From the NCBI GenBank assembly GCA_038245905.1, contig JBBRRY010000015.1, positions 19,361 through 83,360 of the forward strand: a DNA stretch of 64,000 nucleotides. The letters run 5' to 3'. Both the position numbers and the translations under genes were made by a program. The stretch's first letter is position 1. The number at the start of each line of letters is the position of its first letter. Below, piece after piece: positions 7,188-18,892 of this stretch. This DNA comes from Thermoanaerobaculia bacterium. GTDB taxonomy: Bacteria; Acidobacteriota; Thermoanaerobaculia; UBA5066. Below the pieces are notes generated by a model, which ran no database searches, was not told where the DNA came from, and saw only the letters and a list, made by a program, of their open reading frames with translations.

Positions 7188-9281
7188 TCAGCGCCCGGAC
7201 ACGAGGTCTTCGGGTTTCCACGGCGAGGCGGCGCCGCCGAGGAACCTGTGGAACCAGTCGAGGTGCGCCGCGTAGTAGAGGCCCATCTCGAACGCGCTCG
7301 GCCAGTGGCCCGCCTTCTCGAACACGATCAGGCGCGACGGCACGCCGCGCGCCTGCAGGTCCGTGAAGAATTCGAGCGACTGCGTATAGGGAACGCGGAA
7401 GTCCTTTTCGCCGGTAATGACGAGGCAAGGGGTGCGGAAATCTGTCACGTACGAGGACGGCGATTGCTTCGCGTAGAGGTCTCCGTTCTCCCACGGCGCG
7501 CCCTTGATGTCCCACTGGGGGAACCAGACCTCCTCGGTCGAGGAGTACATCGCGCGCAGGTCGTAGACGCCCATCATCGAGGCGAGGGCCTTGAACCTCG
7601 TCGTGTGGCCTTCGAGCCACATCGTCGCGTAGCCGCCCCAGGACCAGCCCATCGCGCCCATGCGGCTCTTGTCCACATACGGAAGCCTCTCGAGCGCGTC
7701 CGCGACTTTCTCGATGTCGGTCATCACGCGGCCGTTCCAGTCGCCCGAGATGGCCGACGTGTAGGCCTGGCCGAATCCGGTCGAGCCGTGCGGATTCGGA
7801 AATCCGACGACGTAACCCGCGCCCGGATAGACCTGCCAGTCGCCGCGGTAGGAGTCCGCCCACTGCTGCTGCGGCCCGCCGTGGATGTTCAGGATGAGCG
7901 GGTACTTCTTCGCAGGATCGAAGCCGTGCGGCTTGACGATCCAGACCTGCACGGGCTGTCCGTCGGCACCGGGCACGCTGATCTCCTCGGCCGGCCGGAT
8001 GTCGACCTCGTTTTCGAGGGCGGCGTTGTGCGTCGTCAGGCGCTGTCCCGCCTCGTCCGCGCCTTTCGCGAGAGAGAGGCGGTAGAGTTCGAGCGGGCTC
8101 CCGATGCGGCGCCGCGCGGCCACGGCGAAGGTCACGTCCGGCGCGAGCGTCCACGCGTCGAGAGACCCGACGGACGACACCGCGCGGAAGGCGCCCGTCG
8201 CGAGGACGATCTCGTAGAGCGGCGTTCGCCCCTTCACGTCGGCCGTGAAGAAGATCCGGCTTCCGTCCCGCGAGAAGTCGAAGTCGCGGACCGCGTTGTC
8301 GAACCTGGCCGTGAGGTCACGCTCGGCGCCGGTCGCGCGGTCCCGGAGGACGATCCGGAAGCGGTCGGCCTCGTAGCGGGGCGTGAGCTGCCGCTTGAAG
8401 GCGAGGAAGCGGCCGTCGGGGGAATAACGCGGCGACCCGTCGTAGCCCTTGTTCCAGGCCGTGAGATTTTTCGGGACTCCGTCACCCTTCACGGCGACGG
8501 TCCAGACGTCCGCGTTCGTCGAGAAGGCGGCGTCCGCGTCGCGGTTCGAAGAGAACGTGAGCTCGGTCCCGTCCGGCGAGAGGTCGAAGTCCCGCCCGCC
8601 ACCGACCGAGAAGACGGGCGAGTCGAAGTCGCCCGGTGTCAGGTCGCGAATCGCCTTCGCCGCGTCGGGCTCGGCAAGGTCGAGGATGAAAACATGCGTG
8701 CGCTTCCCGTCCTTCCACTCGGTCCAGTGCCGGTAGAGGAGGGCGTCCGCGAGGTGCGCCTTGATCTTGTTCGCCTCGTGCGCGTCGGCCGCCTTCTTGT
8801 TGCACGCCGCGTCGGCGCCGCAGGAGGGGACGACGTCCGCCGCGAAGAAGACGGACCGGCCGTCCTTCGAGAAGGCCGGCCCGTCGATCCCTCCGGGGAA
8901 CCGGGTCTTCTGCTCGGCCTCGCCGCCGCCAAGAGGGAGGAAGAAAAGCTGCGGTTCACCCGTACGCGTCGAAACGAACGCGAGCGTCTTTCCGTCAGGC
9001 GAGAAGAACGGGTGCTCGTCGCGCGCGTCGCCTGCGGTGATCGGCCGGGCGTTTGTCCCGTCCGCGTCCACGCGCCAAAGGGCGGCGGTCTTCCTCTTCG
9101 TCGCCCAGTCGTTCGTCGTGACGGTGTAGACGATCGCCTTCCCGTCGGGCGAGATCGCGGGCTCGCCGACGGCCTTCACGCGATAGAGGTCCTCGAGCGT
9201 GAAGGCGCGGCCGGAGGAGGCGGCGAGAGCGGGAGAGGCGAGGACGAAGAAGAGGGCGAAGGCGGTGGACAGTTTCGGCAT
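7188..9281 (-). CDS. S9 family dipeptidyl/acylaminoacyl peptidase, secreted
   Basis: Signal peptide, SPDG propeller repeats, IHGGP, nucleophile GWSWGG, D in KDFRV, H in AGHW. Confidence 0.93.
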   Translation of the reverse strand: MPKLSTAFALFFVLASPALAASSGRAFTLEDLYRVKAVGEPAISPDGKAIVYTVTTNDWATKRKTAALWRVDADGTNARPITAGDARDEHPFFSPDGKTLAFVSTRTGEPQLFFLPLGGGEAEQKTRFPGGIDGPAFSKDGRSVFFAADVVPSCGADAACNKKAADAHEANKIKAHLADALLYRHWTEWKDGKRTHVFILDLAEPDAAKAIRDLTPGDFDSPVFSVGGGRDFDLSPDGTELTFSSNRDADAAFSTNADVWTVAVKGDGVPKNLTAWNKGYDGSPRYSPDGRFLAFKRQLTPRYEADRFRIVLRDRATGAERDLTARFDNAVRDFDFSRDGSRIFFTADVKGRTPLYEIVLATGAFRAVSSVGSLDAWTLAPDVTFAVAARRRIGSPLELYRLSLAKGADEAGQRLTTHNAALENEVDIRPAEEISVPGADGQPVQVWIVKPHGFDPAKKYPLILNIHGGPQQQWADSYRGDWQVYPGAGYVVGFPNPHGSTGFGQAYTSAISGDWNGRVMTDIEKVADALERLPYVDKSRMGAMGWSWGGYATMWLEGHTTRFKALASMMGVYDLRAMYSSTEEVWFPQWDIKGAPWENGDLYAKQSPSSYVTDFRTPCLVITGEKDFRVPYTQSLEFFTDLQARGVPSRLIVFEKAGHWPSAFEMGLYYAAHLDWFHRFLGGAASPWKPEDLVSGR

Positions 9282-9322
9282 GTGCCGAGTCTATCGGCCC
9301 GCGCCCCCGGGCGCCCCCGCCG

Positions 9323-9826
9323 TCAGCTCGTGAGGCCGTCCTCCTTCTGCAGGATCTCGTTCAGGAACCAGCGGCTCTTCTGGTGCACCTGGACGAGGCG
9401 CGTGTATAGGTCGGCCGTTCCAATGTCGCCCGCGTCCGTCGCGACCTCACAGTCGTCGTGCATCTCTTTGATCACGACGTCGAGCGTGGCGCGGGCCTCG
9501 GCGATCATCTCTTCGAGCGAGAGCTTGCCCTTCGAAGGTTCCACGCTGGCGCTCGGGAGATAGTCGGCCGGATCGCCCAGCGGGGCGCCCCCCACCATGA
9601 TGGCGCGTTCGGCGAACTCGTCGATCGTGTCGTACACGAGCGTCGCTTGCTCGTCGAGCATGAGGTGGATGTCGCGAAAGAGGGGCCCGTAGCTGAGCCA
9701 GTGGTATTTCTTGTAGTTGAGGTACGCGACGAGCGCGTTCGCCTGTTGCCGCTGAAGAGTGCCGACGACGGCCGCCGAGCCGCCGCTCTTGTTCTTCTTC
9801 TTCTGCTTCTTGTCTTTCTTGGCCAT
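9323..9826 (-). CDS. dps: DNA starvation/stationary-phase protection protein (Dps) with Lys-rich N-tail
   Basis: KKYHW..G..F..IH.MLDE, DEFAER and HQKSRWFL ferroxidase motifs. Confidence 0.9.
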   Translation of the reverse strand: MAKKDKKQKKKNKSGGSAAVVGTLQRQQANALVAYLNYKKYHWLSYGPLFRDIHLMLDEQATLVYDTIDEFAERAIMVGGAPLGDPADYLPSASVEPSKGKLSLEEMIAEARATLDVVIKEMHDDCEVATDAGDIGTADLYTRLVQVHQKSRWFLNEILQKEDGLTS

Positions 9827-9875
9827 GAATCCTCCGAGATCCTTAGATTAGACTATGTCTAAAATAAGGTCAAGC

Positions 9876-10115
9876 TCAGGATTTCTTGATGAGACGCACG
9901 ATCGCGACGAGCACGATGGCGCCGACGAGCCGCACGAGAAAATCGCCCAGCAGGCCGCCGCCCATCACGAAGCGGCCGAGGAGGAATCCGCCTATCCAGC
10001 CGCCGACGATCCCGAGCAGAACGTCGACGAGGAGGCCATAGCCGCCGCCCTTCATGATCTGTCCGGTCGCCCAGCCCGCGAGCGCGCAGAGCGCGAGTTC
10101 CACGATCAGCCACAT
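9876..10115 (-). CDS. GlsB/YeaQ/YmgE transglycosylase-associated small membrane protein
   Basis: [31 protein letters not shown] pattern; AAGGAG RBS. Confidence 0.88.
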   Translation of the reverse strand: MWLIVELALCALAGWATGQIMKGGGYGLLVDVLLGIVGGWIGGFLLGRFVMGGGLLGDFLVRLVGAIVLVAIVRLIKKS

Positions 10116-10174
10116 GTTCCTGTTCTCCTTATGCGTCTGATCCTACCCCCCGTTCCTGTTACATTCCCGCCCCC

Positions 10175-11854
<1,680 letters not shown>

Positions 11855-11957
11855 ACGGGCAGGATCTCATTTCGACGCCGCGGCGACCGCCCGCGGACCA
11901 GTCGACGAGACCCGCCGAGTCGTGCTTCGCCCAGAACTCGCGCTCGGCCGCTTACAC

Positions 11958-12740
11958 CTAGGGAACGAGGGCGATGACGGCGAAGGCGGCGCCCTCGCGG
12001 TCGGACAGGAAGGCGTAACGCCCCACCTTCGCGATGTCGTCGGGTGCCCGGAGGACGCGCGCTCCGAGCTTTTCGGCCTTCGCTGCGGCCGCGTCGCAGT
12101 CGGCCACGCGGAAATAAACGTTCCACGCGGGCGTCGTCGCGCCATCCTCCGGCCCGATCGCCGTCATCCCGCCGGCCGGGCGCGGCCCCTTCCAGAGCTC
12201 GACATACGCGTGGAGGTCCGTCTCCTGCTTCTTGATCGCCCAACCGAAGAGACTCGCGTAGAAATGTCCGGCCGCGTCGATGTCTGTCGTGGCGAGCTCG
12301 GTCCAGCAGAGCGTGCTGATCTCGCCGACGACCTGCGCCCCGGGGTGAGCCCGCGCCTCCCAGAGGCACAGCTCCGCGCCCTGCGGGTCCTTTACGATCG
12401 CCATGCGCCCGTTCGGTCCGACGTCGAACGGCGCCCCGAAAATCGTTCCGCCGAGAACCTTCACGCGGAGCGCGCTCTCGTCGGCGCTCTTCACCGCCGC
12501 ATAGGAGTTCCAGTGGGCGACGACGCCGCGCTGCCGCTGCGACTTCTGCAGGACGTACAGCGCGGCCACGTCCTTGCCTACGAGCCGCGCGATCGTGTAG
12601 GTCGTGCCGGGCTCCGGGGACTGGTCGTCGAAGCTCCAGCCGAAGAGGGCCCCGTAGAGCGCCTTCGCCGAATCGGCGTCCGTCGTGGCGAGCTCGGGCC
12701 AGCAGAACGTCCCAGGCTCGTGCTGGATGATCTCTCGCAT
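11958..12740 (-). CDS. VOC/glyoxalase family protein (two domains)
   Basis: Repeated CWxELATTD...FY.aLFGW and DPQGA motifs. Confidence 0.9.
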   Translation of the reverse strand: MREIIQHEPGTFCWPELATTDADSAKALYGALFGWSFDDQSPEPGTTYTIARLVGKDVAALYVLQKSQRQRGVVAHWNSYAAVKSADESALRVKVLGGTIFGAPFDVGPNGRMAIVKDPQGAELCLWEARAHPGAQVVGEISTLCWTELATTDIDAAGHFYASLFGWAIKKQETDLHAYVELWKGPRPAGGMTAIGPEDGATTPAWNVYFRVADCDAAAAKAEKLGARVLRAPDDIAKVGRYAFLSDREGAAFAVIALVP

Positions 12741-12801
12741 CGAAGACCTCCGGATGAGCGTGGATCATAAGGGCGCACGGCGTGTCGCGCCCGGGGAAGG
12801 G

Positions 12802-13701
12802 TCAGGAGCCGGCGGCGATCCGAAGTTCGCGAAAGAAACCCTTAACGAGCGCGGAGGCGACGTGCGCCCGGTAGGCGGCCGTCGAACGGAGATCGTCGAT
12901 GGGGGCGATATCCCGGCGCGTTGCCGCGTCGAGCTCTTCGTCCGAAACCGAGGCGAGGCTGGGGGAGAGGCCGAGCGCCCGTACGGACGGGAGGGAGACC
13001 GTCACGGGAGCGACCGAGGCCATGCCGAATCCGGAGCGGACGCCGCGGCCCCGCTCGACCTCGGCGACGGCCGCGAGGGCGACCTTGGAAATCGCCTGGG
13101 CGGCGCGCGTGCCCACCTTCCTCCAGACCTGGTGGGCACCGGTCCTCGGAAGGGTGAACTCCACCCGGACGATCACTTCGTCTTCGGCCCGGCGTGTCGT
13201 GCGGTATGCCGTGAAGAACTGCGTCATGGGTACGCGCCGCTCGCCGTGGATGCTCGCGAGAACCACGTCGGCGTCGAGGGCCATGAGCGCCGCGGCCCCG
13301 TCGGCCGCGGGAGACGCGCCCGCGAGGTTGCCGCCCAGGGTGCCGCGCGCCTGGATCTGGACGGCTCCCACCTCGCGCGCCATGGCCGTGAGGACCGGTG
13401 CGCGCCGCGAGAGCACGGGATGACTCTTGATCTCGAGGAACGTTGCCGCGGCGCCGATGGTGGCGATCTCCTTCACGACCGTAATGCCGCGCATTTCGGT
13501 GAGACGCGACACGTCGAGCACGAGCGGCAGGTCGTTCGGGTCCTCGGGCGGGGCGAGACGGCGCTCCACGATCCAGTCCGTTCCCCCCGCGAGGAGGACG
13601 GTCTTCTCTTTGCGGCCTGCGCGCGCCGAGAGCGTCCGGCACAGCTCGGCGAGCGTTCCGGGCCGCTCGAACGGGTAGAGAGCGATCTCAGCCGGGTTCA
13701 C
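12802..13701 (-). CDS. Xanthine dehydrogenase/CoxM family FAD-binding subunit
   Basis: LLAGGTD, GTLGGNL..ASPAAD and PIDDLRSTAAYR motifs. Confidence 0.92.
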   Translation of the reverse strand: MNPAEIALYPFERPGTLAELCRTLSARAGRKEKTVLLAGGTDWIVERRLAPPEDPNDLPLVLDVSRLTEMRGITVVKEIATIGAAATFLEIKSHPVLSRRAPVLTAMAREVGAVQIQARGTLGGNLAGASPAADGAAALMALDADVVLASIHGERRVPMTQFFTAYRTTRRAEDEVIVRVEFTLPRTGAHQVWRKVGTRAAQAISKVALAAVAEVERGRGVRSGFGMASVAPVTVSLPSVRALGLSPSLASVSDEELDAATRRDIAPIDDLRSTAAYRAHVASALVKGFFRELRIAAGS

Positions 13702-14164
13702 GCGCAGCCTGCTCCTTTGCGGCTTGCCGGATCGACTCGACGATGCGCTGGTAGCCCGTGCAGCGGCAGATGTTGCCCGCGATGCTCTCGCGAATCTCGC
13801 CCTCGCCCGGCTGCGGGTTCGCCGCGAGGAGCGCGTGCGCAGCCATGAGGATTCCGGGCGTGCAGATGCCGCACTGAGCGCCGCCCTCCTTCACGAAGGC
13901 CTCTTGCAGGTCGGAAAGCGTGTCCTTGCTGGCCAGCCCTTCGACAGTGAGGACCGTTCGCCCGTCGCACTGACCCGCCACGACGAGGCACGCGTTCACG
14001 GGAACGCCGTCCAGGAGCACGGTGCACGAGCCGCACTCGCCTTCACCGCAGCCCTCTTTCGTGCCGGTAAGCCCGAGAGGCCCGCGGAGGATGTCGAGGA
14101 GGCGCGTGAGGGGAGGTGCATCGAGCGTGCGGGAGCGCCCGTTCACGACGAAGGACATTCTCAT
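13688..14164 (-). CDS. Xanthine dehydrogenase/CoxS family 2Fe-2S subunit
   Basis: GTKEGCGEGECGSC, QCGICTPG and CRCTGY; ATGA overlap with the large subunit. Confidence 0.93.
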   Translation of the reverse strand: MRMSFVVNGRSRTLDAPPLTRLLDILRGPLGLTGTKEGCGEGECGSCTVLLDGVPVNACLVVAGQCDGRTVLTVEGLASKDTLSDLQEAFVKEGGAQCGICTPGILMAAHALLAANPQPGEGEIRESIAGNICRCTGYQRIVESIRQAAKEQAAREPG

Positions 14165-16428
14165 CGTCCCGTCTTCCATGCCACGAAGAGGTCTTCCGGG
14201 AGGAGCGGCAGGTCGTCGCGGACGATCCCCGTCGCATGCTCGATCGCGGCGGCGATCGCGGGCGCGCCGCCGTCCATCGGCAGCTCTCCGATGCCTTTCG
14301 CGCCGCCTCCGGGCCCTCTGGAATAGGGATCCTCCACGAGAACCGTCGTGAAGCGGGGCGCGTCGATGCTCGTGGGTACGATGTAGTTCGTCATGCGGGC
14401 ATTGAGGATCTTCCCGTCCTTGAGGACGACCTTCTCGTTCAGGGCCCAGCCGATCGCCTGCAGCGTTCCTCCCTCGATCTGCCCCTTGCACATGAGGGGA
14501 TGAATCGCCTTGCCGACGTCCTGCGCGGCCCAGAAACCGATAACCGTCGTCTCGAACGTGTCGAGGTCCACCTCGACCTCGGCGATGTCGCAGCCCCAGC
14601 CGAAGACGGGATAGGCGTCGCCGCGGTAGGTCGCGTCGTCCCAGACGAAATCCGCCGGTGTTTCGTAGGTCTTCTCGGAGATGACGGTTCCTTCGTGCGC
14701 GATCAGGCGCCGCGCGGCGTCATCGAACGAGCCCCCCTGTTTCTGCCGGTTTTGCTCGATACGCGCGAAGAGGTCGCGCGCGGCGTGCTCGAGGATCGAG
14801 CCGACGATCATCACCGTTCGGGACGCCACGGTGGGCCCCGAATCGGGGACGGTCGCGGTGGACGGCGTCGCGAAGTCCACCCGATCCATCGAGACCCAGA
14901 GCGCCTCGGCCGCGATCTGCCGGAAGACTGTCTCGGTACCCTGGCCGATGTCCGTGGATGCGGTGCGGATTCGGAAACGCGGCTTCTTCTCCGTGAGGAG
15001 CTGAAACATGTCGATCGCGACGCGGCCCTTCAGCTTGCGCTCGCCCGAACCCGTGAATCCCGCGCCGTGGAGGAACACGCTCGCGCCGATTCCGCGCGCC
15101 TTTCGGGACGCGGAGCCCCCTGGGGCGGGCCGGCGAAGAATCGCTGAGACGGGCCGCGCCGCCGCGGCCTGACCGAGCGTCTCGCGCTTCCGTTCCCAGC
15201 CGCTCGCTTTCCGCGCCTCCTCGACGCAGCGCTGGACCCCGACGGACTCCTTCAGGAACTGGCCCGTCGGCGTCGTGTCCCCGACGCGGAGGAGGTTCTT
15301 CTCGCGCAGGGCGAGCGGGTCGGCCGACAGCTCGCGCGCGATCCGGTCCAGGTGCCTCTCGATCGCCCAGATCGTCTGCGGGGCTCCGAAGCCGCGGAAG
15401 GCGCCGTTCGGTGGCGTGTTCGTGGCGACCGCGATGGCCTCGATCGAGACGTGCTCCCATCGGTAGGCGCCGGCCGCGTGGAGAGCCCCGCGCGACAGAA
15501 CGACCGGCGTGAGGGTGACGTACGCACCACCGTCCATGACGATCCGAATTGACACGGCCGACAGGTTTCCCTCGCGATCGCAGCCCGACGAAATCGTCAC
15601 CTCCGACGGATGGCGTTTCGTCGTCGCCTCGATGTCTTCCTGCCGGTCGTAGATCATCTTCACGGGCCGGCCGCTCTTCTTCGCGAGGAGGAGGGCGTGA
15701 AGAGCGAGGAGCGTGGGGTACTCTTCCTTTCCCCCGAAACCTCCACCCGTGACAGCTTGCGTCACGTCCACGTGCGCGTCGTCCAGGCTGAACGTGCGCT
15801 TGACGCCCTTGTGTACGTAGAACGGGCACTGCAGCGAGCCCACGAGGTGGGCGCCGCTCGCGTCCCAGAAGGCGAGCATCCCCTGCGGCTCGATGTAGAG
15901 CTGCTCCTGGTGGTGCGTGCGGTACGTACCGGAGAGACGCACGGCGCTCTCGGCGATGGCCTTCGCCGCGTCGCCCTTCGAGATCCGGTAGGTGGCGAAG
16001 ACATTGTCGGGGCCGTGAATCTGTGCCTTGCGTTGGAGCGCGTCGGCGACCGTCAGGACCGGCGGGAGCGGGTCGATCTCGGGCGTGAGGGCGCGAAGCG
16101 CGCGGGCGAGACGCACCGGGTCCTCGGCCGCCACGAGCGCGATCGGCTCGTACGCGTGGCGGACCTCGTCCGATGCGAGGACGGGCTGGTCCTCCTCGAT
16201 GAGCGCCACGACGTTCACGGGCACGTCTTCCGCGGTCACGACCGTCACGCCGGTCCAGTCGAAGGAGGGATCCCGCCGGATGCCGCGCAGGCGGCCGCGC
16301 GCCACGGGGCTGCGGAGCGTCGCGCCCAGGAGGACGCCCGGCCGCGTGAGATCGTCGACGTAGCGGGCCGTCCCGGCGACCTTGGCCGGTCCATCCGCGC
16401 GCGGAACGCTGCGGCCGACGAGCGCCAT
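14161..16428 (-). CDS. Xanthine dehydrogenase family molybdopterin-binding subunit
   Basis: KVAGTARYVDDL, GGGFGGK, GAFRGFG, GQIEGG and KGIGE motifs; start MALVGRS at 16428. Confidence 0.93.
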   Translation of the reverse strand: MALVGRSVPRADGPAKVAGTARYVDDLTRPGVLLGATLRSPVARGRLRGIRRDPSFDWTGVTVVTAEDVPVNVVALIEEDQPVLASDEVRHAYEPIALVAAEDPVRLARALRALTPEIDPLPPVLTVADALQRKAQIHGPDNVFATYRISKGDAAKAIAESAVRLSGTYRTHHQEQLYIEPQGMLAFWDASGAHLVGSLQCPFYVHKGVKRTFSLDDAHVDVTQAVTGGGFGGKEEYPTLLALHALLLAKKSGRPVKMIYDRQEDIEATTKRHPSEVTISSGCDREGNLSAVSIRIVMDGGAYVTLTPVVLSRGALHAAGAYRWEHVSIEAIAVATNTPPNGAFRGFGAPQTIWAIERHLDRIARELSADPLALREKNLLRVGDTTPTGQFLKESVGVQRCVEEARKASGWERKRETLGQAAAARPVSAILRRPAPGGSASRKARGIGASVFLHGAGFTGSGERKLKGRVAIDMFQLLTEKKPRFRIRTASTDIGQGTETVFRQIAAEALWVSMDRVDFATPSTATVPDSGPTVASRTVMIVGSILEHAARDLFARIEQNRQKQGGSFDDAARRLIAHEGTVISEKTYETPADFVWDDATYRGDAYPVFGWGCDIAEVEVDLDTFETTVIGFWAAQDVGKAIHPLMCKGQIEGGTLQAIGWALNEKVVLKDGKILNARMTNYIVPTSIDAPRFTTVLVEDPYSRGPGGGAKGIGELPMDGGAPAIAAAIEHATGIVRDDLPLLPEDLFVAWKTGR

Positions 16429-16433
16429 CCCGA

Positions 16434-17339
16434 TCAGTCCCTTGTGACGTCCTGGAGAGCGGCTCCGACCTCGGTGAAGCGGAACTTGAAGCCGAGCGCT
16501 TCGGCTTTTCTCGGGACGACCCGTTGCCCCTCGAGGACCACGGTGGCCATCTCGCCGAGCAGGAGCCGAACGGCGGCTGCGGGTGCGGGGAACAGGCTCG
16601 GCCGGTGGAGGGCGCGGCCCAGCGCCTTCGCGAATTCCTTCATCGTGACCGGGTTCGGAGCGGTCCCGTTGATGGGGCCGCGGGCGTCTGCGTTCTCGAT
16701 CGCGAAGACGAACAAGGCGACGAGGTCGCCCACGTGGATCCACGACATCCACTGCTCTCCGCTTCCGATGGGGCCGCCCGCGAAGGCCTTGAACGGCGGA
16801 AGCATCTTTGCGAGGGCGCCGCCGTCTCCGCCGAGCACGACGCCGGCGCGAATCATCACGACGCGGACGCCCTGCGCCTCGATCTTCTTCGCGGCCTCTT
16901 CCCATGCCACACACGTCGTCGCGAGGAAATCGGTTCCAGGCGGGCTGTCCTCGTCGAGTATCTCGTCGCCGTGGGAGCCGTAGTACCCGACCGCTGCCGC
17001 GTTCACGAGGACGGAAGGCTTCACGGCGGCCTTCTCGATCGCGGCGGAGAGCCGGGCCGCCGCGTCGACGCGGCTCGCGACGATCCGCAGCTTGGCGGCC
17101 GCCGTCCAGCGCTGGGCGATGCTCTCGCCCGCGAGGTTCACGATCCCTCCGGCGCCGTCGACCCAGGATTCCCACGCGGCGCCGGGCGCCCACGAGACGA
17201 CGCGTACCTTCGGATGGACCTGGTCCCGCGACCGGGACGCGTCGCGCGTGAAGAGAACCACTTCGTGCCCTTTCGCGACGAGGTTCTCGCACAGCTTCGA
17301 ACCGATGAACCCGGTTCCGCCCGTGACGATGACGCGCAT
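16434..17339 (-). CDS. TIGR01777/YfcH-like NAD-dependent epimerase family protein
   Basis: MRVIVTGGTGFIG, VNLAGESI and GSGEQWMSWIH. Confidence 0.92.
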   Translation of the reverse strand: MRVIVTGGTGFIGSKLCENLVAKGHEVVLFTRDASRSRDQVHPKVRVVSWAPGAAWESWVDGAGGIVNLAGESIAQRWTAAAKLRIVASRVDAAARLSAAIEKAAVKPSVLVNAAAVGYYGSHGDEILDEDSPPGTDFLATTCVAWEEAAKKIEAQGVRVVMIRAGVVLGGDGGALAKMLPPFKAFAGGPIGSGEQWMSWIHVGDLVALFVFAIENADARGPINGTAPNPVTMKEFAKALGRALHRPSLFPAPAAAVRLLLGEMATVVLEGQRVVPRKAEALGFKFRFTEVGAALQDVTRD

Positions 17340-17397
17340 TCCGCTCTCCTTGCGCCCGCATCGTACCCAAAACGCGCCGCCGTATAGTCCGACGGTC

Positions 17398-18300
17398 ATG
17401 AACGCGCGTTTCAGGCCTTGCGCCGCCCTGCTTCTCGCCTTTGCGGCGGGCGTGGCGGAGGCCGACACGGCCGTCCCTCGAACGCCGGACCTGGACGTCC
17501 GGGAGCTCGTGAAGCGCGTCGTGAAGAGCCAGCGCCGTGTCGAGGTCGCGTTTGCCGGCTCGACGTTCGACCAGCGCGAAGTCCGGATCACCTGGGGCGC
17601 CGATGGCCGGGCGAAGGAGGTCGCCTCACGGCTCTTCTACGTCCTCTCGGGCGACGGCGACGTGGAGGGGACGCGCGAGCTCATCGAGGTGGAGGGCCGT
17701 CCGGCGACCGAGGAGGAGAAGCGCAAGGCCGCCGAAGGAGACGAGAAGGGCCGAAAGAAGCGCCTCGAGCAGAAGGCCGCGGCTGAGGCCCGCCTGGCCG
17801 AAAGGGTCTCCGGCGACGAAGACGATCCTCTCGTGGGTCGGCGGCGGCTCTCGGAGCTCATCGGCCGTTTCGTGATCCGCGTCGTCGGGGAGGAGACCGT
17901 CGAGGGCCGCCCCACGTACGTGCTCGACTTCTCGCCGGACCCGGCGGCGCCGCCCGCGACGAACCTCGGGGACCGTGCGCTCAACGCGCTGGCCGGCCGC
18001 GCCCTGATCGACGCGGTGGACTTTCAGGTGCGTTCCGTCGTCGCGCACCTCACGAAGCCCGTGAAGGTGGCGGGAGGAATCGCCGCCAACGTGAAGGAGG
18101 CCGAGATCGTTTACACCGGCCAGCCGCTCGGGGGCAACCTGTGGTTTCCCTGCGTCGTCGAGCTTCGATTGACCGGGAAAACGGCGCTCTTCTTCCGCCT
18201 CGACACGTCTTTTCGATTCGAATTCGCAAATCTGAAAAGGTTCCGCGTGGACACGGAAAGCGACGTCCGTCCCGCTGGAGACCAGGGGAGCGCTCCATGA
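17398..18300 (+). CDS. Secreted hypothetical protein (beta-rich, LolA/MucB-like segment)
   Basis: Signal peptide; VVGEETVEGRPTYVLDF segment; normal GC3 bias; ATGA coupling to the next gene. Confidence 0.7.
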   Translation: MNARFRPCAALLLAFAAGVAEADTAVPRTPDLDVRELVKRVVKSQRRVEVAFAGSTFDQREVRITWGADGRAKEVASRLFYVLSGDGDVEGTRELIEVEGRPATEEEKRKAAEGDEKGRKKRLEQKAAAEARLAERVSGDEDDPLVGRRRLSELIGRFVIRVVGEETVEGRPTYVLDFSPDPAAPPATNLGDRALNALAGRALIDAVDFQVRSVVAHLTKPVKVAGGIAANVKEAEIVYTGQPLGGNLWFPCVVELRLTGKTALFFRLDTSFRFEFANLKRFRVDTESDVRPAGDQGSAP

Positions 18301-18869
18301 CACCGTCCCGCCGCCGCGTGTACCTCCTCGGCGCCATTGCCGTTTTCGGCGTCGCATTCGCCTGGGCCTACTGGCGCTCGCTGACCCCGGCGACGCATGC
18401 GGACCATGACCACGGAATGCTGAGCCTCGACGGAGGAGGGCACCTCAACGTGAAGACGCGCGACGGGAAGACGCGCAATCTCGTCGGGCGCCCGGGAAAG
18501 ACGCTCGTCATTCACTTCTTCTCGACGTCGGCCGAAGGGGCGGCTCCGGAGCTCGGCGGGATCTTTCGGACTCAGGAAGAGCTGAAGGCGGATGCCGGGC
18601 TGGAGTTCGTCCTCATCGCCCAGGACCGCGATTTCGCGACCCTCGATGCGTGGCTGAAGGAGAAGGGGCTGACGCCGCCGCAGCCTGCGACACTCGTTCT
18701 CGATCCGGACGGAGACGTCACAAACAAGATCAACTCGAAACGCCCCCTCGAGACGATGTTCTTCACCGCGGAGGGAAAGCTCTCCTCGCAGGCGCGCGGC
18801 CGGCTGGAGTGGCCGGACGGCGCCATGGGCCATCTCGCGCGCGCCCGTGGCGGAGAAACGATCGAGTAA
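18297..18869 (+). CDS. Membrane-anchored TlpA/redoxin-fold protein lacking CxxC
   Basis: TM anchor, GKTLVIHFFST.. in place of NFWATWCxxC, LVLDPDG, PLETMFFTAEGK...G..EW. Confidence 0.7.
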   Translation: MTPSRRRVYLLGAIAVFGVAFAWAYWRSLTPATHADHDHGMLSLDGGGHLNVKTRDGKTRNLVGRPGKTLVIHFFSTSAEGAAPELGGIFRTQEELKADAGLEFVLIAQDRDFATLDAWLKEKGLTPPQPATLVLDPDGDVTNKINSKRPLETMFFTAEGKLSSQARGRLEWPDGAMGHLARARGGETIE

Positions 18870-18892
18870 CACTCGAGGTGCTCTCGGGACGC

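Noticed and set aside
6693-9563. 956-aa plus-strand ORF
   Set aside because: Antisense to the S9 peptidase and aminotransferase; no motifs; typical high-GC shadow frame.
16429-17370. N-terminal extension of the 1069-aa Mo-subunit ORF (similarly long upstream extensions of nosD, nosF, epimerase and adaptor ORFs)
   Set aside because: The extensions overlap other genuine genes; starts were moved to where family motifs begin.
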